NCBI GenBank assembly: GCA_051294375.1
Contig: CM119267.1
Coordinates: 751,601 to 815,600, forward strand
Reading direction: 5' to 3'
DNA: 64,000 bases
From: Paraspadella gotoi
Lineage: Eukaryota; Animalia; Chaetognatha
Shown here: positions 55,622-64,000 of the stretch, in pieces
Numbering within the stretch: position 1 is the stretch's first letter
Layout: every line of letters begins with the position of its first letter
Translations under genes and position numbers: made by a program
Notes under the pieces: model-generated
Told to the model about the DNA's origin: nothing
What the model saw: the letters and a program-made list of their open reading frames with translations, nothing else
The model's database searches: none

Positions 55622-58600
55622 CGAGGTACGGATGAATGAATGATTCTGAAAGAATTCGACGCGAAAATAAGGAAGCGAGGAGACAAATGCCCATAAAGAA
55701 TAGAGAGGAGGAGGAGGAAGAGGAAAAGAAGCCGGGTTTTGGAATTCGACAGTCGAAGTCGAGATCGAGAGCGAAAGAGAAAAATCAAACAAGAGAAAAT
55801 AAAATAAAAGAACAGCGGAAAAATCAACCGCTAAAATTACTATTTCAAATTAGGAAATAAAATTGGTCGAAGTAATAAAAGTAATATTGATAATAGTAAT
55901 AGTAATAATGATTGAAAGCTTGCAGGGACCTGCTATGTCATTATCTTGTAAGAGTGATGGAGGCCTTAAACCACCAAAGCCTGTCCAAAGTCAGGGGCAA
56001 GATAGCTTTTATTATTAAATGAATGGATAATTTTTATATTGGTTGTACCAATTTCATAAAATTCAGCTCCTTGTATTTTGATGCTAGTGCGGAGTACAAT
56101 AAGTATTCCCCGATCTAATACTTAAGGGAGTGGTCTTTTCATACAATTGAAACATTCTTTGAAATATTTTCCACTTCATTGATAGGGAAGCCAGGTACTC
56201 TGGGAGTGAATAAACGAGACTGTGAGAGAGTCTGGATTGAAAGCTTGCAGGGACCTGCTATGTCATTATCTTGTAAGAGTGATGGAGGCCTTAAACCACC
56301 AAAGCCTGTCCAAAGTCAGGGGCAAGATAGCTTATTTATTAAATGAATGGATAATTTTTATATTGGTTGTACCAATTTCATATTTATTGGTTGTACCAAT
56401 TTCATAACCTTGTGTTGTATAGATGCTCCCTCTATCTCCAGAAGACAATACTAACAACCTTCTCCCATTAATAATAAATTTTCAGATTTAGATTATCAAA
56501 ACCAAAATTAATAAAAATAATAATAATAAATATAAAAAGTATGACACAATAATAAACCTTTCTTAATATTCACTTAGCAACGAAAAGAGAGAAAATAATA
56601 CAATATAAAAAATATATAATTTGTAATATAATTGTATATAATTTTAATGAATATTATAAAATCTAAGACTTAAAATAGTGAAACAAGTAATTTTGCGATT
56701 TTCATTAATTTATTCAATAAATAAGACATAAGACATAAATAAGACATTATTGCCTCAATCTTTGTACAGGTTAAGGTTAAGGGGAAAAAAATAGCAGACG
56801 ACATCTGACGAAGTTTAAATAAAAGAAAAGAGAATAAAATGCTCATAAAAAGTAGAGGAAAATACAAAAAAAAATTAAAGGAATTAAAAAATGGGGTGAC
56901 CTATTACAGAAGGCTTCATATTATAAAATGAGGTACTATGGCAACGGGAGGATAGCCTGTGATACCCGGGGCGCGGGGTATCTCACCAACTGGCGTAGGG
57001 GCTGCGGACCCTCAGTGACCGCCTCCTGTCACTGGCATGTTTATACCGGCACCGTCACATTTAAGCCAGAACCGGGATACCCAGGGATTGAACCCGGGAC
57101 GCACGGATGGAATGAGATGATTTAGCCTGCTCAGCCATTGAGACAAGGCTGAGGACGGACAGCAGTGAGGCAGCTTTAAGTCTTGCTGCCACAGTACCCC
57201 TTTTTTGTGACTAGAACTCGTTCCGAGAAAACTACTGGACCAAATTTATTGAAATTTGGAATGAACGATCCCTATGTGAATACTAATAAATCTGTCCTCA
57301 CCAATGACCACTGTCCTTTCTCAATTCTTTGTTGGAAGCTTTAACCTTGAACTTCTTCTTCACTCTCTCTCTCTGTCTCTCTCCCTTTCTTTAACTCACA
57401 AAATCTGTTCAATTTCACAACTGTAAAAGCGCTGATGAAGGCTCGAATTTGTGAGCCGAAACATGTCTGCTATGATACAATTAAAATCGTTGTACAAATT
57501 AAATTAAAAACTTTGTTAATCACTCTAAATGTAAAATTTCATTAAATTTGATCGGGTAGTTTGGTGGAAACAGATTCTAGTCACAAAAAAGGAGTACCAC
57601 ATTTTATAATATGAAGCCTTCTGTACATCCCTTTCTTGGACACAATTGGAGAGAGAGTTTGAGATTCCCTGGATTCTTATCAATTCTCTTCTTCCTCACC
57701 TATCGTCCCCTGCTGGGTATTCTCCAGCCCCAGCGGTTGCGTCGCGTGCACATCGTTAAAGTCTCTCGTGTACTCGACGAATGGTTGGTTCGTGTTGCGC
57801 GCGCCGAGATTGTGGCGCCGCATCGGTGCTGAAGTCGCCGTCGCCAGACGCCGAGTGTTGGCCAGTTCTGGAGGGAGACGGGTAGAATGACAGGGCGGGC
57901 GGATATGTGACCAAAATGTCCCAAACACCAGTAATCATTGGTTACACCGATTACATACGACATTGAGACATTGAAATATGAATAAAAATCACGAGTCGAC
58001 ATCAATATAAACGCTATTCAAAGTCTTTTCAAATGCTGCAATATGCGAATAAAAGATTTAAAAACTCTCCAAATCCTCTCTAAGAACCTTTGTAAAGCGG
58101 TTCGAGCCTCGTGGAGCCGCGATAGATCCACTCGATGCGGTCGTCCGCCTGGAAGTACATCTTGACGAGGGATCCGTCTACCTCGTCCACCCTCGCCGAC
58201 CACCACTTCCCACGCCACTCGGTCTTGACGACGTCGCTACGCTGGAGGCGGACCATCGGGCGCTCGGGGTATTGCTGGAGGTAGCTAAAGGATGGGGTTT
58301 TAATTAACTTTATTAAATATTTATTAAATTTAAATGAATTGCTTCGATCACCTCTTCATAAAGGAACGGGAGTCTTCGTGAATGTCCTCCCAAACGTGAG
58401 GCGATTGATAGTAGACGTTGAGGACCTTCTTGGGGTCCGTGTACTGAGCGTACCCGTCGTCAAAGAAAACGAGGTATCGGTGTTTGTTGCGGCTGCATGG
58501 CGGCTCAGCGATGATCCCGGCGAACCAGGACCGTTGCACCTGCTGCAATGAAGAAGAGGAATGATTTCGAGGATCAAAGTATTTAAAGGAAAATTAGAAA

Positions 58601-61600
58601 AGATTGAAAAGAAATTTGAAAAAGTAAAAAAGGGAATGAATAAGAATCGAGGTAGAATCGAAAAGGTGAAGAGAGAAACGCAAAGGAGAATTAAAAAAGA
58701 GAATCGAGATGAATCTGTACTCAGGCTGACTTCTCCTCGTGTGGAACAAATCGAAAAACCGAGAAAGAAAACAAAAAGGAGGAAATGAGATGAAGAACTA
58801 ATAAAACAAGTTGAGAAGGAGAACAAAAAGGAGGAACTTGTCGTAATTCCAGCCAACGAACAGATAAAGATTAAAAATTTAACTGCGATAAAAAAAATAA
58901 TAAGGAAAAGCGAGAATGAATAACGAGAAGGAAAACCAGGAAGGAGAACGTGAAAGAGAAGGAGAACCAAGGAAGCGAAGCCGTGCGTGACCTGAGAAGC
59001 AGACTGTTCTTCCTCGTAAAGAGCGATGACTCGAGATCCGACGATGAATTCCAGTTCAGATGGATTCGATGGAATCGGAGCCAAATGTTTCGCTCCAACG
59101 CATTTTAATCCTTTTCCGTCGAATTTAATCCTAATGCAAGAATATTATTAAGTTTTTGATAAACTACTATGAAGCGAAATTGGTACAACCATAAAAAAAA
59201 AAATATTCATTCATGAGTTAAGGCCTCTTGCAAGCTTTCATGGGTTAAGGCCTCTTGCAAGCTTTCATGGGTTAAGGCTTCTTGCAAGCTTTCATGGGTT
59301 AAGGCCTCTTGCAAGCTTTCATGGGTTAAGACCTCTTGCAAGCTTTCATGGGTTAAGACCTCTTGCAAGCTTTCATGGGTTAAGGCCTCTTGCAAGCTTT
59401 CAAAGACTCTCCCAATCTAGTTTATTCACTCCCAGAGTACGTGTCTTCCCTATCAATGAAGTAATATAATATTTCAAAAAAATGTTTTTGTGTATGATTA
59501 CTATTAGATCGGAAAATACAAAATTGTAAACCGCGCTCGAATTTTTAAAAATGCAAATTTAAAAATTTAAAATGAAAGCCTCACTTGAATTCGCGAAATT
59601 TGGGATCGTTTTTGTCATGGCTGATTTCCAAGATAACTCCGCGGTACCTGGAGCGAAAAGAAGTACGCAGTTGAAAACATAGAAAATATTATTCGGTCAA
59701 ATCGATTCAATTTTGATTATTTTCATCAATCACCAAATGTCGTTGGATTTCTTGGCAAAGACTTTGGACGAAACTTTGAGTTCGGGCAGCTTCTTTTGCG
59801 GAAGCGTCTGCCCGGGTCGGTAACCGTAGTTGACCGTCCCGGGTTTCGTGGCGGTGATGACAAGATCATCTTCGGTCTTTGCCTCGGAGGCTGCGGCGTC
59901 GGGAGCCGGTTCGGGCGCGGCGTCGCCGCCACCGCCGGTCTCTGCGTCGGCGTCCAGGACGATGACGTCGCCGACGGATTTGGCGGCGTCGACGCCGACG
60001 TCGATGTTGTGAGTTTTGAGGAGGCGATCGATGCGAACTTGACGTCGCTCCATCGTTTGTTTGATCACCTGATTGGGGAAACGGGGGGAAGGCGGGGAGA
60101 GCGGGGGTTAATAGAGATTCGTTTAGGAAGATTATTATCTATTATGCATGTAGCTTGGCTTATCCTTGAAGAAAAAGAACAATAATTCTCACCGACTGAT
60201 CAGCTCATTAACGGACCAGCTCTTTAACCGACCTTTTGCTCTTCCTCCAAATTGATGATCTTCTTGAAGACATGTTCGACCCTCTTCTCCGCCTCCTGAC
60301 TCAGTTTGGCCAGACCCTCCTCGATGATCTTCTCCAGGTCGTCGGGGACGATGAAGAGAGCGTCGCCGGGAACGCTGTCGTCAAGCAGCAGCGAACGGAG
60401 CACCGGGTCTTCCTTGGAGGTGGAGGTGTTGGAGTCGACGGCGGGGGCGTCGCTGAGGGCGGAGTCGTCTTTTGATTCGCCAAAGACTTCAGTGCCGTCA
60501 CGAATCGAAGGCTGAACTCGGTCGTTGTCGTCGTCGTCGTCGTCTACGGCGATGACTTCGGCGACTGGAGACGCGCGACGAGGATCTTCGGTCTTGGAGG
60601 ATTCGTCCAAGGCACTCGAAGGGTCTGGCGGGGATGATGGGAGCGGAAAAGTAAATAGCTGACATTGTCAAAGGTTGTTAAGTTTGTCCGACGGTCGGTT
60701 GTTGCAGGTGATTTTATGAGGATCCACGCGATCCACGCGAATCGGTCTCCAATATGGTGATTAGGTAGACTGGTTGGTATTTTGGTCGAGTTAATCATAA
60801 ATTTTACCTGGATGGTAATTTGTTCAAGTGAATAGTAATTTTGCTTAGTGGACGGTAATTTGGTGGAGTGGATAGTTATTCTGCCTAGTAGATTGTAATT
60901 TGGTCAAGTGGATAGTTATTCTGCTTAGTGGATGGTAATTTTGTCAAGAGGATGGTTATTCTGCTTAGTGAAAAGTAATTTGATTGAGTGAACAGTCATT
61001 CTGCCTAGTGGATGGTAATTTGGTCGAGTGAATGGTTATTCGGTTTAGTGGATGGTAATTTGGTCAAGTGGATGGTTATTCTACTTAGTGGATGGTTGTT
61101 TGGTTAAATGGACGGCGAGTCATAGTCATAAGAATTACAAATTTCGTTTAGGTAAATCAACGGAAAGAGTCTCAATAAGTTGGAGAATCTCACCCCCGAT
61201 GGAAATAGTCGAATCTTTATTAAGGTTGATCTCCATGACTTCCGGTTCCTCAGTCGAACCAGAGGCGACGCCATTGGGGCTGTTCAACATGTAGACGTCG
61301 TCGTCGACCAAGTCTGATCGGAGAGTGCGGATTTTGTCCATCACGACTGGGATGGCGTCAGCGCTGTCACCTAATGCAGTCCGGACCACAATGGCGTCGG
61401 AGGCATCGGCGGAGTTGGCGTTTATGGAGCTGGCATCGACCGAGACGGCTTCATCCAGAAAGACCGTCTCTGTTTCACGAGGATTTTCGGTGGACGAGAT
61501 GGAAATTTTGGATGAAGTGGCAAGGGGAAGATCAATTTCCATCGGAGCATCAGAGTCCGAGTCGAGGCTTTCGATCACCACGTCATTGATTGCTGCAGTC

Positions 61601-62286
61601 TTGTTTGCGGAAGCAGTAGCAGCCGCCGCAACCAAAGCTTCTGTCGCTGACGCAACCGCCTTCTCAACTTCAGCATCCTCGTTCGATTCGACAGTCCCAA
61701 TCTCTCTCGGTTTCCTGGGACAAACAATGGTTGCCTCTCGTGGGAAGGGCGCCGTGGCGAAGGAGGGCGCCTCTGGGAGCGCCTTCGTGATATTTTGATT
61801 TAATTTCGAATCATCGCTTTCAACGACGGATGATTTTTCTTCTCTCAATTTAATTTGTTTAATATTTTCAGGATCATTGTCTTCCGACAAGTTTGATTCT
61901 GTTGTTTCAGGAATTATTGAGATTAAACAATCAGTACCCACATTGTCTGTTATCAATGTTACTTGTTGATCCTCTTCCGCATCTAGTAATGCGGCATTGT
62001 CTTTTATCACCGGATTTACTGGCATTTCTGTCAGCTCATTCAATTTGTCTTGATCTTTGACAATCGGAGAATCGAGATGGTCCGCTTCGTTGTCTGCGAT
62101 TTTCGACTCCTTTGTATCGTAGGAAGATACGTTCTCGGCCAACTCTGGCACCTCTCCTTGCAATTGCTCGCCAGCAGATTCAGCAGCTTCTGCTGCTTCC
62201 ACCGCTTCAGATTCCAAGAGTTGATCGCCTTCCAAAGACGCGTCGTCGTCGCGACCGGAGATATAGATGCAGTCCTCCTCCGCCAT
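50665..62286 (-). CDS. SETDB1: Histone H3K9 methyltransferase SETDB1/Eggless (Tudor, MBD, pre-SET, bifurcated SET, post-SET), multi-exon
   Basis: [12 protein letters not shown] (Tudor); [20 protein letters not shown] (MBD); GCDCTDFC (pre-SET); [19 protein letters not shown] and [35 protein letters not shown] (split SET); [13 protein letters not shown]. 5' exons 62286-~61160 and ~60630-60230 are inferred. Confidence 0.95.
51376..52100. mobile_element. Tc1/mariner-like MITE, uninterrupted copy
   Basis: ~48-bp TIRs CAGAAGGCTTCATATTATAAAATGTGGTACCCC..., TA at both ends, single GTAC in each TIR. Confidence 0.92.
56937..57193 (-). mobile_element. Solo LTR of the tRNA-containing TRIM
   Basis: Reverse complement of 10624-10880, flanked by GTAC at 56933-56936 and 57194-57197. 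Confidence 0.9.
57428..57471 (+). ncRNA. Minimal type I hammerhead ribozyme motif (third copy)
   Basis: AGCG-CTGATGA-A-GGCTC-gaatttgt-GAGCC-GAAAC-AT-GTC-TGCT; palindromic ACATGT helix III; helix II covaries with the other copies. Confidence 0.78.
59214..59400. repeat. 27-bp minisatellite x7
   Basis: (GCCTCTTGCAAGCTTTCATGGGTTAAG)n in a SETDB1 intron. Confidence 0.95.
60809..61112. repeat. ~40-bp (2 x 20-bp) minisatellite, about 7-8 units
   Basis: (TGGATGGTAATTTGGTCAAGTGGATAGTTATTCTGCTTAG)n in a SETDB1 intron. Confidence 0.9.
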
Positions 62287-62693
62287 CTCTTCCAACAGTT
62301 TAATACATCTTCTTTCGAGAAAGAAAGGTAAATGGATTCAAAATAACATTTATTCGCATCAAGATAAAAGAAAAGAGATATAAAGAGTCGTTCTGTCTGT
62401 CGGTGGGGGAAATAGGGGGTTTAGTTCAAGAAAGAGAGAGGGAGAAACTAAAGGTTGAAAGGGTGGACAAATGGTTATAAAACACCGAGTGCATAGCATG
62501 GCATGGGATTGAGTGGCAAGTCATGGCAAAACAAAAAGGTCAAGCGGTTAACTTTAAATAAAACGCCCTTTCTTCAACACTACAAAGATATTTTATTTCT
62601 CGAAAACTAACTAAAAAACCTAAAACTAAAACTGCCATAACAAATCTGAAAGTCTTAAAACGCCAGGCGAGGGTCTCCCCCATCTCTCCAGGT

Positions 62694-64000
62694 CTACCGC
62701 CTGTTCCTTCTCTTCATCGCAGCGGTGCACTGCGGGCAGAACCATTTTCCCTTCGGAGCCTGAGTGAGACCGACGCAACCGTAGTGGAACCATTCTATGG
62801 GACAGTCCTCGTTGTCGCAGCCGACCATCTCACCGTAGGACACCTGATTGCAAATGCAATAACGCGGTTCGTTGGGATCATAGGCCCAGTCACCGCCTTC
62901 CACAGCTTGATAAGACGTCGAGGAGGCCGGGTCCGCCGCCGCACCGCCGCTGCCGACGCCGGCTTCATCCGCGACGCGCGAGAGATCCTGAGATCCGCCG
63001 AGATGACTGGCGGTTTGACTCGAGCCGAAACTAGAGTTAAGAGAGGAAGAGGAAGAGGAGGGGAAGGCGAGGCTCGAGTTATTGGTGGAGAGGTTGTGTC
63101 CGTCAACGCCCGAATGGGAGGAGGAAGAGAAGGAGGCGCCGGCGCCTGATGGACCGAAAAGTCGGGACTTTTTCGGCTTGGGTGGTTTCGTGACAGAGTC
63201 GGAAGAAAAACCGGCGGAACCGAATGCGCCGCCGCTGGCGGAATCCGGGGCGGCTCCCCTAGCGGCGGTAGCGGTGGGCGGCGCCCCGCCGAAGGTAAGT
63301 TCCTTGGCGAGTTCGCCGGCGTGGCGCAGAGCTTCGTAAGAGGCCTTGAGCGATGACGTCCGGCGACCCTGTTGCATATGGTTGGTAGCGGCGATGGCTT
63401 GAGACGCGGCCGCGGCGATGGCCGGATTGCTCATCCCGCTGAAGACGCCGTAAGTCAACTGAGAGCCCTGAGCGGCGCCGGATGCGACTGATGCTGCTCC
63501 TGCGGCGCCCGAAGACGCAGCGAAACCGCTAGTCGAATTTCTGACGCCCGAGTGTGCGGGGTTGGGTTTTTCCGGTCCCGAGGTCCCGGCCCCGATGAAG
63601 ACTCCACCGTTTTCCGGCGTGGCACATCCGGACGCCAGCGAGGCCAACGTCTGAGAAGTGTTGACGAGGGAATCGCGCGACGCCGGTCGCCCCAACGACG
63701 CGTCAGGATCGGCGCCGATCGCTGGAGACGCAGAACGAGAAGTCTCCAATTTTAAGGCGGAGACTGTGGCGGGAATGAGGGGAAGGCGATCCGTGGAGGA
63801 CATCGTGGCTGAGAGAAGAAGAGAAGAAGGATATTGGTATAAGTTAAAGAAAAAAAGGGGGGGAAAATGGAAAGAAAGAAAGAAAGCAAGGAGGAAATAG
63901 AGGCAAAGTTGTGAACATAAAATCACCTACAACAAAAAGAAAGGAAAAAAAAGGAAAGTAAAACCCGAAACTCACCCGCAGCCCAACTCCCCGCAGCATC
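62694..64000 (-). CDS. ING3: Inhibitor of growth protein 3 (PHD finger), 3' part only
   Basis: [14 protein letters not shown] and [54 protein letters not shown]; 5' exons lie outside the window. Confidence 0.95.

Larger units (their letters stand above)
56907..57623. mobile_element. Tc1/mariner-like MITE copy carrying a solo LTR and a Penelope-like fragment
   Basis: Same TIRs with TA flanks; the interior is largely replaced by a hammerhead-containing segment (~57290-57515). Confidence 0.85.

Noticed and set aside
59207-59400. Regular repeats resembling a CRISPR array (also 43400-43585 and 60809-61112)
   Set aside because: Head-to-tail units without unique spacers, eukaryotic intron context, no cas genes.

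Overview
Gene-dense eukaryotic (invertebrate metazoan) genomic DNA with AT-rich, TE-laden introns, (GA)n microsatellites and four assembly gaps. Fifteen recognisable spliced genes all lie on the minus strand. In transcription order (right to left) they are ING3 (partial), SETDB1, EXD2 (with RPS23 nested on the same strand in one intron), GCLM, RETREG/FAM134, a Vreteno/TDRD1-like RRM-MYND-Tudor gene, SNRPG, RPS24, NXT1, ARL14EP, FKBP8, RPL37, ERGIC2 and KNTC1/Rod (partial). Eleven of the 13 stop-to-start gaps are only about 150-410 bp and most ATGs are preceded by an unpaired U-rich ...YAG acceptor, which suggests a very large SL trans-spliced operon. The only plus-strand gene is an unknown coiled-coil/MYND-finger gene nested antisense in the 8.7-kb RPS24 intron. 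Introns hold a miniature LTR retroelement whose LTRs contain a tRNA-type Pol III promoter, inserted at the same GTAC of a Tc1/mariner-like MITE (full, solo-LTR and empty states all present). They also hold Penelope-type repeats with three minimal hammerhead ribozyme motifs, hAT MITEs, tRNA-derived SINEs, satellites and a candidate C/D snoRNA. Gene identities come from recalled motif similarity, not database searches. Exon boundaries were read by eye.
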